From positions 2,294,001 through 2,358,000 of the forward strand of contig CM052851.1 of the NCBI GenBank assembly GCA_028534125.1: a DNA stretch of 64,000 nucleotides. The letters are read 5' to 3'. Of this stretch, positions 9,823-22,767 are shown piece after piece. The notes below the pieces were generated by a model. It was not told the DNA's origin, made no database searches, and was given only the letters and a program-made list of their open reading frames with translations. The stretch's first letter is position 1, and each line of letters begins with the position of its first letter. The position numbers and the translations under genes were made by a program. Source of the stretch: Lama glama (lineage: Eukaryota).

Positions 9823-12800
9823 GAGGCAAGAAAAACATAGTTTGCAAGGGCAAAGCAATCTTCAGAGCGAGACTCAGGTATGACACAGGTGTNNNNNNNN
9901 NNNNNNNNNNNNNNNNNNNNNNNNNNNNNNNNNNNNNNNNNNNNNNNNNNNNNNNNNNNNNNNNNNNNNNNNNNNNNNNNNNNNNNNNNNNNNNNNNNNN
10001 NNNNNNNNNNNNNNNNNNNNNNNNNNNNAGTGCTAGAAATAAAAACCGCAGTAACAGAAATGAAGAATGCCTTCAGTAGGCTCATCACGAGATGCAATGC
10101 AGCCTAGGAAAGAACCTGAACTTGGAGATGGGGCCAGAGAAACTTCCAGGATGAAATGCAAAGAGAAGAAAGAAATGTAAAAAGAACAGAATGTTTAAGG
10201 ACTGTGAGACAATAAAACGCATAGTATACACTTTTGTGTGTAATTGGACTATCAGAAAAAGAGAGAAGAGAACAGAGAAATATTTGAAGTAATAATGACA
10301 AAGAACATTCCAAAATTAATGAGAGACACCATGCATATATGCAGAGAGCTCACAGAACACTAAACAGGATAAATACCACACAGACATACACACGCACAAA
10401 TACATACACACATACACACACCCCTAGGCATATCATATTCAAGCTGCAGAAAACCAAAGGCACAAATAATTTTTTGAAAAAAGCCAGAGGCATCATCTTA
10501 TCTATAGAGGAACAAAGATTAAAAATTACAGTGGATTTCACATCAGAAACCGTGCAAGCAAGAAGAGAAGGTAATGAAATGTTAACATGTTAAAAAAACT
10601 GTTTAAAGAATTGTATCAATAAATTATTCAGTAAAATTGCCTTTTAAGAGTAAGGAGAGAAAAATCCAAAATAATTGACCAAAACCCCTTGAAAGTAATA
10701 AGCAATTACAGCAAGGTTGTAGGATACAAGGTTAATATACAAAATTCAATTGCTTTCCTATATATTGACAATGAGCAACTGTTATTTGAAATTTCAAACA
10801 CAATACCATTTACATTACCATCCAAAAAAATGAAATGCTTAGGTATAAACCTAACAAATTATGTGTAAGATCCATGTAAGGAAACCACAAAACTCCAATG
10901 AATGAAGTCAACTAAATAAGTGGAGTGATGGTCCATGTCCATGAATAGAAAGACCTAGTATTGTCAAGATGTCAGTTCTACAGCAACCACTAAAAGTTTT
11001 ATTTAAAAAAGCATTTTTGAAAAACCAAAAAAATGCAGAAAGGGGAAGGGAAAAGCAGAAATAAATGCAACAAATAGAAAACAAATACAAACATAATAGA
11101 TATAAATCCAAATATGTCAGTAAATCACTTAAATGTGAATGATCTACATACATCAATTAAAAAATAGAGATTGCCAAAGTAGATTAAAAAAAAAGAAGGC
11201 ACAGCTCTATATTGCCCATGAGAAATTCACTTAAAGACAGGGAAAAAGTAAAGGGATATAAAAAGGAATACCATGCTGACACCAATCAAAAGAAACTGGA
11301 GTAGTTACATTAATTTTGGACAAAGCAGACTTTGAAATGTGGATATTGATTAGGGATAAAGAGAGCCATAATGATGGGGGATCAATTTGTCAAGAAAACC
11401 TAACAATCTTAGTTGTGTACATACCCCCAAAAAAAGGAGCTTCAAAAATAAGGCAAAAACTGATAGCACTGAAAGAGGCAATAAACAAATCTATTACAGT
11501 TGGAGATTCAACATCCCTCTGTCAGTAACTGATGACCAAGCAGGCAGGAAGTTAGTAAGGCTGTTGATGATGTGAATAGCACTACCAATCAACATGACCT
11601 AGCTGAAACTTACGGAACGTTCCATTTAGCAACTGTGGAATGCACACTCTTCTCAAGCTCCCATGGAACATTCACCAAGGTTGTTCATATTCTGGGCCAT
11701 AAAACACACCTTTACATATTTAACATAATAGAAATCATATGAAGTATGCTGTTAGACTGTAGTGGAGCTAATCTAACTACCAAAAACAAAAGGATAGCTA
11801 GGAAATTCTTAAATATTTGGTAATTAAGCAACACAGTATAAATAAGCTGTGGTCAGAAAAGAAGATTCAATAGAAATTTTAAATATTTTGAGCTAAATGA
11901 AAAAACATATTAAAAATTTCACAGGATGCATGAAAGCAGGGCTCAGAGGAAAATTCACAGCATTGAATGCATATATGAAAAATAAGAGAGCTAAAAAAAA
12001 TCAATAACCTTGGCTTCCACCTGATAAAACTAGAGGAAAGAGAGCAAAATAAGCCTACAGAAGACAAACTAATAAATTCTAATACATATTAAAGCAGAAA
12101 CCAAAGAAATTGAAAACAGGAAAATAACAGAGAAAATCAATGAAGCAAAAATCTGGTTTTCTGAAAATATCAATAAAATAAAGAAGCCCTTAGCTAGGAT
12201 AACTAATAAAAAAGAGAGAAAACACAAATTTCAGAAATGAAAAAGGGGTCATAAACATTGATCTTATAGACATCAAAATAAATAAAAAGAGGAATACTAT
12301 AAATAGCCCTATGACTCCAAATTTGATAACTTAGAGGAAGTGGACCAATTCCTTGAAAGACAAACTACCAAATTCACACAAGAAGAAATAAATAACTTGA
12401 CCAGAGCTGTAACTACTAAAGAAATTGAATCACTATTTTAGCACCTTCCAAAAAGGAAAGCACGAGGCCCAGATGGTTTTACTGGTGAATTTCACCACAT
12501 ATTTGAGGAAGAGACAATACTGATTCTCCAAAAATTCTTCCAGAAGATAAAAGCAGAGAGAACACTTCCCAACTCATTCCATGAGGCTAGCACTAATCTG
12601 CTGATAAAACCTGGGAAGACATTACAAGAAAAGAAAACTAGAAACCAACATCTCTCATAAGCATAGACACAAAAATCCTTAATGAAACATTAGTAAATGG
12701 AATCCACCAATTTATAAAAAATAGGCTAATACACCATAACCAAGTGAAGTTGTTTCTAGGAGTACAAGGCTGGCTCAACATTCATAAATCAATCAATGCA

Positions 12801-15085
12801 CCCATCATATTGACAGACAATAAGAAAAACCATATGATCACATCAGTAGATGCTGAAAAAACATTTACCAAAATTCAACACTTATTTATGATAAAAACTC
12901 TAAAAAAAAAAACAACAAAAAACTAGGGCTAGAGGGGAACTTCCTTAACCTAATAAGAGGAATATTTGGTGGAAAACCCAGCTAATGTCACATTAACAGT
13001 GAGAGACTGAATGTTTTCCCCCTAAAATTGGGAAAAAGACACGGATGTCCTCTCTTATCACCCCTTTTCAACATCCAACTGGAAAATCTACCTAATGAAA
13101 TAAAACAAGTTAATGAAATAAAAAAGGCCTACAGAATAGAAAGAAAAATACAAAACTGTGTTTATTTGCAGTTGACATGATTGTCTATATAGAAAACCCC
13201 AAGGAATGTACAAAATTCCTAAAGCTAACAAGAAAAATTGCAAGACACAAGGCCAGTTGATTTCCTACAAATGGCCAGTGAACAACTGGAATTTGAAATT
13301 TAAGAAACAATACCATTTACAATAGCACCCCCAAAGGAAGCAGTTAGGTATAATTCTAACCAAATACGTACAAAATCTGCAGAAACTACATAATGCTGAT
13401 GAAAAAAATCAAAGAGATCTGACTACACACTAATACACCGAGAGACTCAATGTTGTTAAGATGCCAGATCTTCTTAACTTGATCTGTAGATTCAGTGCAA
13501 TCCCAGCAAACACTTTTGGGAATGTCAACAAACTAATTCCAATATTTATTTGGAAAGACAAAAGAACCCAGAATAGCAAACACAATACTGAAGAACAAGG
13601 TTGGAGGACTCATTCTATTAAAATTTAGGACTTATCAAAAGCTGTAGTAATTAAGACAGTGTCGTATTGGTTAAAGAATAAATATATAGATCAATGCAAC
13701 AAGATAGCGCAGAAATAGACCCATATAAAGGCACAAAGGCAGTTGGATGGAAAAAGAGCTTTTCAACAATTGTGCTGGAACAATTAGACATTCACATGCA
13801 GAATGGAAAAGAATCTAGACCCAAATCCTCACACAAAGATTACCTCAAAGTAGATTAGAGACCCAAATGTAAAATGGCCTGTGAAAGTTCCAGAAGGAAA
13901 CATAGGTAAAATCTACATGACCAAGGGACTGGGGATGAGTTTCAGACACAGCATCAAAAGCACAATCTAGAGGTGGAAAAACCAGTAAGTTGAATTTTAT
14001 GAAGATTAAAAAGATTTGCTCTGCCAAAGAATGAAAAGACAAGCTACAGATTTGGGGGAGAAAATATTTGCAAAGCACATATCTGATAAAAGGCATATAT
14101 TCCAAATATACAAAGAATTAAAAAATATACAAGAAGAAGAAGGAAGATGACCCTATTTAAAAACGGGCAAAGGTCCGAAAAGACATTTTGTCAAAGAAGG
14201 TATATAGATGGCACATAATCTTGCCTCAGTCTACTAAGGATGCCAAAACAAAATGCCATAGACTGGTGGCTTAAACAACAGAAATTTATTCCTCCCAGTT
14301 CTGGAGCCTGGATGTCCAAGGCCAAGGAGCCAGCATGGTCGGGTTCTGGTGAGAACACTCTTCTGGGCTATCGACAGCCACCTTCTTGCTGTGTCCGCAC
14401 ATGGGTGTTCCTTATGTGGAGAGAGTGAGCTCTCTCTGCCTCTTTGTTGTAAGGGCACCAATCCCACCATGAACGTCCCACCCTCATGAGCTCATCTAAC
14501 CCTAATTACCTCTCCAAGGCTCCCGCCTCCAAATGCCATCACAATGGAAGTTTGGGTTTCAGCATATGAATTTGGGGGGAACACAAACATTCCATCCATT
14601 ACAAAGCATTTGAAAAGATGCTCAATATCATTTACTATCAGGGAAACACAAATTCAGACANNNNNNNNNNNNNNNNNNNNNNNNNNNNNNNNNNNNNNNN
14701 NNNNNNNNNNNNNNNNNNNNNNNNNNNNNNNNNNNNNNNNNNNNNNNNNNNNNNNNNNNNNNNNNNNNNNNNNNNNNNNNNNNNNNNNNNNNNNNNNNNN
14801 NNNNNNNNNNNNNNNNNNNNNNNNNNNNNNNNNNNNNNNNNNNNNNNNNCTTTCATAGGTATTTACTCAACTGACGTACAAATCGATATCCACACAAAGA
14901 CCTGCATGTGAAGTTTATGGAGGCTTTATTCATAATCACCCAAAGCTGGAAGCAACCAAGGTATTCTTCAACAGGGGAATGGATAAACAAACCGGTGTGC
15001 ATCATTACACAGACTTGCTGTCTGGCTATAAAAAGAATAGTACTACATCAAGCCATGAACAGACATAGGTGAGTCTCACATGCAC
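9823..15085 (+). mobile_element. Long degenerate L1 (L1MC/L1MD-like) with ORF1 and ORF2 remnants
   Basis: ORF1-like VLEIKTAVTEMKNAFSRLITR; RT motif LFAVDMIVYIENP at 13162-13200 (FADD degenerated to FAVD); many stops and frameshifts; A-rich sense strand. Confidence 0.92.
14222..14603 (-). mobile_element. MLT1A-like solo LTR nested in L1
   Basis: Full-length with TG...CA ends; catagactggtggcttaaacaacagaaatttatt...gcatatgaatttggggggaacacaaacattc; L1 resumes in register; degenerate 5-bp TSD aatct/aagca. Confidence 0.9.
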
Positions 15086-15089
15086 AAGT

Positions 15090-15885
15090 GAAGGCTAGCA
15101 CTGCAAAGATGGGAAAATCATCATTGACATAACAGAAGACACCATCAGCAGAGTGGAAAGGCAACCTACCGAGTGGGAGAAAGTGTTTGTGAACCACACA
15201 CCTGAGAAGTGAATATCCCAAATATATGAGGAACACCCACAACTAAATAAGCAAAGACAAAACAACCACGTAACTCAATTTAAAAATGGGCAAAAGACTT
15301 GAATAGAGATTTCTCCAAAGATGTACAAATGGCCAACAGGCACATGAAGATACTCAACCTCACTCATTATCAGGGAAATGGAAATCAGAACCTCAGAGAG
15401 TTACTATCTCACACCTGTTCGGATGTCCNNNNNNNNNNNNNNNNNNNNNNNNNNNNNNNNNNNNNNNNNNNNNNNNNNNNNNNNNNNNNNNNNNNNNNNN
15501 NNNNNNNNNNNNNNNNNNNNNNNNNNNNNNNNNNNNNNNNNNNNNNNNNNNNNNNNNNNNNNNNNTATCATGTGATTCAGCAATCTCACCTCCGAGTATT
15601 TATCCAAAGGAATTAAAATCAGGATATTGGAGAGATATCTGCAGCCCTATGTTCATTGCAGCAGCAACGGCCAAGATATGGGAACCACCTACGTGCCCCT
15701 CAGTGGATGAATGGATGAAGGCGTGGGGGGAGGGGCAAGTGGGGAGCTGTCCAACGGGTAGAAGGTTTCAGTGAAGCAAGATGGCTGAGTCCTGGGCACC
15801 CGCTGACCAGCGTTGTGCCTACAGTCAACAATGCTGCACTGTGCGCGGGAAATGCTGCTAATGGGCAGATATCAGGCCACCTGTT
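15090..15885 (+). mobile_element. Second L1 fragment (ORF2 C-terminus and 3' UTR, L1MA-like)
   Basis: ggcaacctaccgagtgggagaaagtgtttg, aaaatgggcaaaagacttgaataga, and the 3' UTR motif gtgcctacagtcaacaatgctgcactg. Confidence 0.85.
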
Positions 15886-16677
15886 CAAGACTTTCTTAAA
15901 GAAGGGAAGCGCTCACATACACCAATGCAGCAGACGTTAGAAAAGGAACCCTTAGGTCCCCTCCATTTGGCCCAGCCACAGAATGAGTAACTGGCCATGC
16001 AGACCCACAGTTCCAGCAGTGTGGACGGCTCAAGTCCAGTGTCATCCCGAATGGCCTGACAAGAGGGCTCCAACCAGTCAGGGGTGCCGCTGGGTGGAGG
16101 TCAGTTTCCGGGACGACCCTGGTAATTTAACCAGAGGAGGGTGGCTTCGAGCCAGCCCTGGACATTCCAGAAGTGTCTTCTCAAAATGCAAATTGATGGC
16201 AAAGTTTAGGAGGGTCCACAGGCAGCCCGGGGGCTTAGGGGAGCCTCTCACCCCCTCAGGGACTCTCGGCTCCCTCGCCATGCCCTTCACGCCCCACATG
16301 GAGAAAGGAACGTCTGGAGGGAGGGGGCCAGGCCTTCAGAAGCCTGGAACCCGCCAGAGGACTGTGAGCACCGGGTGATGGGTCGCCTTCTGGGGGCCTG
16401 GTATCACGCCAGATGTGGGACACACCATACGGCACACTTTGGGAATTGAAATCAAAATCTGAAATGCCCTTTGTTGAGTCCCTGCTTTCTGCATGACAAC
16501 CTTTGGACACGCAGTGCCTGTTCTGATCACAATAAACTCATTGAGTATTCATCTCCCCATAAGGAAAACCGAACACCAGAACATTCCAGAACATACACAA
16601 AGTCCCATGGTCAGTCCGTGCGGATTTCTCCTTCAGACTCTGGGATGTCAGGCTGTTTCCACTAACCCTTGTGCAGC

Positions 16678-16722
16678 CAGTGCTTCTCAAATGGGGCCAA
16701 TTCTGCCCCCCAGGGGACATTC
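16678..16722 (+). mobile_element. MER20-like hAT terminal fragment
   Basis: cagtgcttctcaaatggggccaattctgccccccaggggacatt. Confidence 0.6.
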
Positions 16723-16739
16723 TTATCCCAAGACAGACT

Positions 16740-17315
16740 TTTTTAAATTAATTTTTCAAAAATTGAAGTATAGTCAGTTTACAACATTGTGTCGATTTCT
16801 GGTGTACAGTATAATGTTTCAGTCATACGTACACGTACATATATTCCTTTTCATATAGTTTTTCATTATAGGCTATTACAAGATAATGTAGTTCCCTGTG
16901 CTATACATTATAAACTTGTTGTTTATCTGTTTTGTAAATAGTAGTATTTTATAGTTAGTATCTGCAAATCTGGAACTCCCAATTTACCCTTTCCACCCCT
17001 TTCCCTCCCGGTAACCATGTTTGTTTTCTGTGCCCATGAGTCTGTTTCAGTTTTGTAAATAAGTTCACTTGTGTGTTTTTTTTTCAGATTCCACATATGA
17101 GTGCTATCATATGGTATTTTTCTTTCTCTTTCTGGCTTACTTCACTTAGAATGATGATCTCTAGCTTCATCCATGTTGCTTTAAATGGCATTATTTTATT
17201 CTTTTTATGGCTGAGTAGTATTCCACCATATAAGTATACCACAGCTTCCTTATCCAGTTATCTGTGGATGCACATTTAGATGGCTTCCACGTCCTGGCGG
17301 TTGTAAATGGTGCTT
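16740..17315 (-). mobile_element. Lineage-specific L1 3' end
   Basis: ttgaagtatagtcagtttacaa...gttccctgtgctataca...ttccacatatgagtg; same family recurs several times in the window. Confidence 0.9.
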
Positions 17316-17479
17316 TAGCAGCTTTAATGGTACTTTATTCCTGCTTTTGAACAAGAAGCCCTTTTTTTCCCCCTTTTGTTTTGAGAAAAATTATGTGGCT
17401 AGCCCTTCAGTACAAAAATGGTCTGTCATTCCCAGCCACTGAACAAAATTCCTACCTCCACCCTGACTGGATCATCTCC

Positions 17480-17725
17480 AGATTAATTGCTATAGCAGAG
17501 GGGGCGCCTCGGTGCTGATTGGCTTAGGTCTAGGTCATATGCCCATCACTGACCAATCACAGAGGTGATCTCCATCGGTGTCCCTCCTGAGCTAGGGGCA
17601 GGGTCCATTCCATCCAACCCCAGGTCTGCCCCATAGACAGGAGCTCCCCCCAAAATCTGGTTGCAGCTAGGAAGAGGGCAGAGGGGAATGGGTGCTGGAT
17701 GGCAGCCAGTGAATGTTCACTGTGT
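17480..17725 (-). mobile_element. Old MaLR LTR fragment (MLT1K/L-like)
   Basis: ctgattggcttaggtctaggtcatatgcccatcactgaccaatcac...gaggggaatgggtgctggatggc. Confidence 0.6.
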
Positions 17726-18384
17726 ACGCTTTCTTAAAACCTTTGGGTTGCCCTGGAAAATCTACCACAATTTTAATTATACACACACCCACTCATGTGT
17801 TCAATCTCCATCTTCTTAGAGAGACTCTGGGCTCAGTGAGGGAAGGGACATGCTTACCTGGATCTCCACCGTGTCCAGGGCGGGGAGTGTTGCCTGGTGA
17901 ACGGAAAGGTTGCACCTCTGCTTCTGGGACATGGGAGGAATGGAGAGACTGACACTCATTCAAGGTCACATCAAGGGCTAAAACCCAGGCCTTCTGTCCA
18001 GCAGTCTCACGTGTTTTCTTTCTGACCATCCAAGAGGGGAACCTCCTTGGTCCAAGATGAGGAATGATTCTCAGGAGAAGAGCTTTCGGGATATCCTGAC
18101 ACTGAGTCCACCTGGCCTGCAGCTGCAGACTCACCATAAAGGACTAATGTCCCAGAGATGACCTTACCTGATTGCAAGGCTTCACTCAACCCTGTTCCTT
18201 CCTTCTAGAAGATTCTACCAATCAGCCTACTCTTATTCCAAATAAGCATGTCGGTCCTTCCTGGGGACATCAGTGTATCTGACTGACCTGGGGGCGGTGG
18301 AGCATACACACAAAGGTGGGACCATGACTTTCCCTAGCAGGTGCTTTGTTTTTTTTAATACATTGTTTTATTATAACTACTTTG

Positions 18385-18531
18385 CTTTTTTGTTGTTGCT
18401 TTTGGGAGAGGAGGTAATTAGGTTTATTTGTTTTATTTGATTTTTTTTTTCTAATGGAGTTGCTGGGGATTGAACCCAGGACCTTGTGCATGCTGAGCCT
18501 GCACTGTGCGGCAGAGCTCTCCCCTCCCCCC
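18385..18531 (-). mobile_element. Vic-1-like SINE, long-tail variant
   Basis: ggggattgaacccaggacc (B box, reverse complement) and ggaggtaattaggttt tail. Confidence 0.9.
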
Positions 18532-19474
18532 ACAGGGGCTCTGAAGGCCTGTTAAAGCTGACTGTGTAGCAGAAGGTCACCTGGAGCTGCTATTGGGTAA
18601 GCAATGAATCATTAATCCCTCCAATACTCATTTAGAAATTAGTCAGTAATGATCAAAAATCGCTCATTTTCCAGCTAGTGGACCAGCGCAAAGGGGGAAG
18701 GATGTTGGTTTCCAGCAAAGTGCTCATGAACCAGAGTGAAAGGTGGGGGGCATGAGGTCCCACTGGATTCCCAGCCTGGATGTCCCTCTGCAGGTGCACA
18801 GAGGTGTGGTGCGGGGGTCTGCTCCCCTCCCCCATGCTGTCCCTGCTCTGGTTCCCGCATCCTCCAGTCACCTCAAGGGGCTCTTCAGTGAGCAGCCGCT
18901 GCTGGCTGGGCGGGCAGGGGGAGGGAGCCCTCCACCACTTCATACTCTTGTGCGTCCCTGCTGGGTTTTGTAACCCTGACCGTGGGGAGGAAGGGCAGGG
19001 CCTGCCTGCTTCCCAGCACCCAGCACAGAGCCCTGCAAAGGTATGTTGGGGTAGCTGCTGGCAACAGAGGAAAATGAGGCTGCTGGCCATTCTGCCTGCA
19101 GAGTTGATAGTCACGAGTTTGGTTTGGTTAAATAAAAATCTAAGCATGAATGAAACTCTCAGGGATGTATGTTTACCTCTAGGAATATGCGGCCACCATT
19201 AAGCTTTGGGAGACTCTAGGGGTGGCATGGCTTGTGTGACTGTGGACTTGGGGGCAGAGAGAAGCAGGTTTGAATCCAGGACTCATGCTTGCCAGCTCCT
19301 CCCACCCCCTTCAGATGGGGGGACGGGCTCGGGGACCAGGTCACAGGACATCAGTGCACTGACTTGTGGGCTCCCCACTTCCCCAAGGCTGTTTCCCAAG
19401 TTCCGTCTGTGATCTCTGAAGACCACAAAGCCAGAGCCGACCCACCTCACTTCCCTCCACTCAATCTAGAAGGA

Positions 19475-20850
19475 AAGGCTGATGGCTCAAAACATGCCTG
19501 CCAATTCTTCAACATTCTGCCATCAAGAGTTGGAGCCTAGTATCACTGATTTGCAGAGAAATGCAGATCAAAACTACAATGGGGTATCACCTCACACCAG
19601 TCAGAATGGCCATCAGCAAGAAGTCCATGAATGATAAATGCTGGAGAGGGTNNNNNNNNNNNNNNNNNNNNNNNNNNNNNNNNNNNNNNNNNNNNNNNNN
19701 NNNNNNNNNNNNNNNNNNNNNNNNNNNNNNNNNNNNNNNNNNNNNNNNNNNNNNNNNNNNNNNNNNNNNNNNNNNNNNNNNNNNNNNNNNNNNNNNNNNN
19801 NNNNNNNNTCGAAAAGATACACACACCCCAATGTTCATNNNNNNNNNNNNNNNNNNNNNNNNNNNNNNNNNNNNNNNNNNNNNNNNNNNNNNNNNNNNNN
19901 NNNNNNNNNNNNNNNNNNNNNNNNNNNNNNNNNNNNNNNNNNNNNNNNNNNNNNNNNNNNNNNNNNNNNNNNNNNNNNNNNNNNNNNNNNNNNNNNNNNN
20001 NNNNNNNNNNNNNNNNNNNNNNNNNNNNNNNNNNNNNNNNNNNNNNNNNNNNNNNNNNNNNNNNNNNNNNNNNNNNNNNNNNNNNNNNNNTGAACTCATT
20101 TACAAAACAGAAAAAGACTCACAGGCATAGTAAACAAACTTACGGTTACTGGGGAAAGGGGGTGGGAAGGGATAAATTTGAGAGTTGGAGATTCACAAAT
20201 GTTACCCACTATATATAAAAATAGATTTTAAAAGTTTCTTCTGTATAGCACAGGGAACTATGTTCAATATCTTGTAATAACTTTTAATGAAAAAAATATA
20301 AAAATGAATATATGTATGTATATGCATGACTGGGACATTGTGCTGTACACCAGAAATTTACACATTGTGATTGACTGTACTTCAATAAAAAATAAATTAA
20401 ACAGAGGAAAAAAAAGAGTTGGAACCTAATTTCCATCCCTTTGCATAACGGTCATCTCAGCGACTGGCTTGTAAAGAACAGAGCGTAGCGAACGGGATGC
20501 CACGTGACCTCTGAGTTCGGAAGTCTATGTCACAAAGGCAGCCTGGCTTCAGGTGGCTCGTTCTCTCTTTCCGTCTTGGAACCCAGCATCCAGGCTGTGG
20601 GGAAGCCGGGCCACCTGGAGAAGAAGCAGGTTGGCGTTCTAGCATCGTTGGATGTTGACAGCCAGCATCAAACTCCAGCCACGTGAGGGAGGATGCCTCC
20701 GAGAAAACCCCGCTCAGCCACTGCCTGGCTGCAACCAGGAGGATCCCTAGCTGAGCCTGGTCACCCCCAGTGATGCGCAGAAGAGAGACAAACAATGCTG
20801 CAGTTTTCAGATGCTACTGTCTGGGGTGGCTTCTGGCTCAGGAACAGGTT
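19475..20850 (+). mobile_element. MLT1F/G-like LTR split by an L1 insertion
   Basis: gccaattcttcaacattctgccatcaagagttgg before the L1; MaLR-like sequence resumes at 20430. Confidence 0.6.
19541..20413 (+). mobile_element. 5'-truncated lineage-specific L1 with TSD
   Basis: ORF2 C-terminus [21 protein letters not shown], 3' UTR, A tail; TSD aagagttggagcctag (19525-19540) / aagagttggaacctaa (20414-20429). Confidence 0.93.
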
Positions 20851-20867
20851 TCTACAATGCAGAAGAA

Positions 20868-20925
20868 GGTTCGGTCCCAGTACCTCTGTTGAAGATAAAT
20901 AAAAACCTAATTACCTCCCCCCCCA
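20868..20925 (+). mobile_element. Vic-1-like SINE 3' fragment
   Basis: ggttcggtcccagtacctc...aaacctaattacctcccc. Confidence 0.7.
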
Positions 20926-21547
20926 ATTTTTTTTAAAGAATTATAAAAAAAATACTTTATATTAAGCCATTTGCTTTAAAAACAAAAATTCTAATCTCTG
21001 CTCATACCACCTCCCTGCATCTACTCGGGAACCTTGTTGAATTTACCCCGTCAGCACCCAGGTCCTCGGTTTTCCGGCCGGCCGCCGGGCCTGGCTCTCC
21101 CAGGGCCGGCACAAGGCCGGCCTCCCTCCGGGGGAGCAGACAGCCTCTGGCCCCGGGGTTCCGTGGGTGCCATTGGGAAAGCTGGGGCCCCGACTCTGCC
21201 AACTGGGGAGAGCTTGAGATGCTGTTCTGTCTTCTCCAGCCCCTTGACACCTGAGTCTAGGCAACATGCTCTTTTGGGTGGAAAAAAGAAAATTCTTCAT
21301 CGATCACTGAGTCTGGGTGGCAAAACTGTGAAATACAGTATTTTTCTTCTTTTTTTAACATGTGCTGCGTGGCCACCGCGGCCTCCTCATTGTCTGGTTT
21401 TCCTGTTGTGATAAACAGCTCACCCCTTGCGTCCTCTGCTCTCCCCTCCAGAAACGGCTTTGGGTCTGGCACAAGGGTGACGGCTCGTCTGGAGGGGCCC
21501 CTGCACCCACGCTTTATACGCTCGCTTCTTTCTACCTCCTCACGGCC

Positions 21548-21880
21548 TGTTTTAGGGACCTGCAGCTGCCATGACAAAGCGCCACAAACAGAGGGGCTTG
21601 AAACAACAGAAATTGATTCCCTTGCAGTCTGGAGGCCAGACACCTGAAGTCCAGGTGTGGGGGGTTCTCCCTTCTGCAGGCTCTAAGGGAGAGTCCGTTC
21701 TGGGCCCGTCTCCCAGATTTCAGTGACGGCCAGCGGCCTCTGGCTTGTGGCCACATCCCTCCCATCTCTGCCTCCGTCTTCACCTCACCTTCTCCTCTGG
21801 GTCTGCTCCTCTCTTCCCTTGTAAGGACACTGGGCCCACCCCAGTCCAGATGGATGCGTGACATTACACATCTGCCCAAA
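21548..21880 (-). mobile_element. MLT1C-like LTR
   Basis: gctgccatgacaaagcgccacaaacagaggggcttgaaacaacagaaatt...ccatctctgcctccgtcttcac. Confidence 0.85.
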
Positions 21881-21888
21881 CGGAGGAC

Positions 21889-22110
21889 GTGGAACACCGG
21901 CTGAGCCCTCGGGTTCACTGCGGACTTGGGGTGGCGATGCAGCCTTGCTGTGGGTTCCCGGATTGTGACAAATGTGCCGCTTCGGTGGGAGGTGTCGACA
22001 CAGGGGGTGGAGTGCATGTGTGTTGGGGTCAGAGGGCACATGAGATAGGGGAACTCTTGTGTCTCCTGCTCCTATTTGCCACGAACCTAAAACTCCTTAT
22101 TAAAAAAGAA
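21889..22110 (+). mobile_element. L1MC-like 3' UTR fragment
   Basis: gattgtgacaaatgtgccgcttcggtggga...gaacctaaaact, followed by an A tail. Confidence 0.8.
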
Positions 22111-22160
22111 GCATGACTTAGAGATAAGATTTTTAAAACTGCAGAATGCACGGTCAAAAA

Positions 22161-22535
22161 TTTTTTTTAATTGACGTGTAGTCACTTACAGTGTGTCAGT
22201 TTCTGGTGGACAGCAAAATGTTTCAGCCACACGTATACATACATATTTCCTTTCCACATTCTTTTTCATTATAGGTCGCTGCAAGATATTGAATACAGTT
22301 TCCTGTGCTCTACAGAAGAAACTTGAAGTTTACCTATTTTATACATAGTAGTTAGTATCTGCAAATCTCAAACTCCCAATTTATCCCTTCCCACCCCCTG
22401 TCCCCACCCCTGCCCCAGTAACTATAAATTTGTTTACTATGTCTGTGAGTCTGTCTCTGTTTTGTAGATGAGTTCATTAGTGTCCTTTTTTCCCCCTATA
22501 TTCCACATATAAGCAATATCATATGGTATTTTTCT
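22161..22535 (-). mobile_element. Lineage-specific L1 3' end running into an N run
   Basis: Same 3' UTR family as 16740-17315. Confidence 0.9.
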
Positions 22536-22666
22536 NNNNNNNNNNNNNNNNNNNNNNNNNNNNNNNNNNNNNNNNNNNNNNNNNNNNNNNNNNNNNNNNN
22601 NNNNNNNNNNNNNNNNNNNNNNNNNNNNNNNNNNNNNNNNNNNNNNNNNNNNNNNNNNNNNNNNNN

Positions 22667-22767
22667 TTTGAATTTCAGATAATCAACCAATAATATTTTA
22701 GTGTAAGTGTATCACAGGCCATATTAGGGACACACTTATCCTAAAAACTTCTTTGCTGGCAAGCTTG
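22667..22767. mobile_element. MER53-like palindromic hAT MITE (left part at about 22120-22160)
   Basis: tttgaatttcagataa...tttagtgtaagtgt...gggacacacttatcctaaaaa with partial self-complementarity. Confidence 0.7.

Noticed and set aside
9823-15085. Active L1 or domesticated reverse transcriptase
   Set aside because: Numerous stops and frameshifts, catalytic FADD changed to FAVD, and interrupted by an ancient MLT1A LTR
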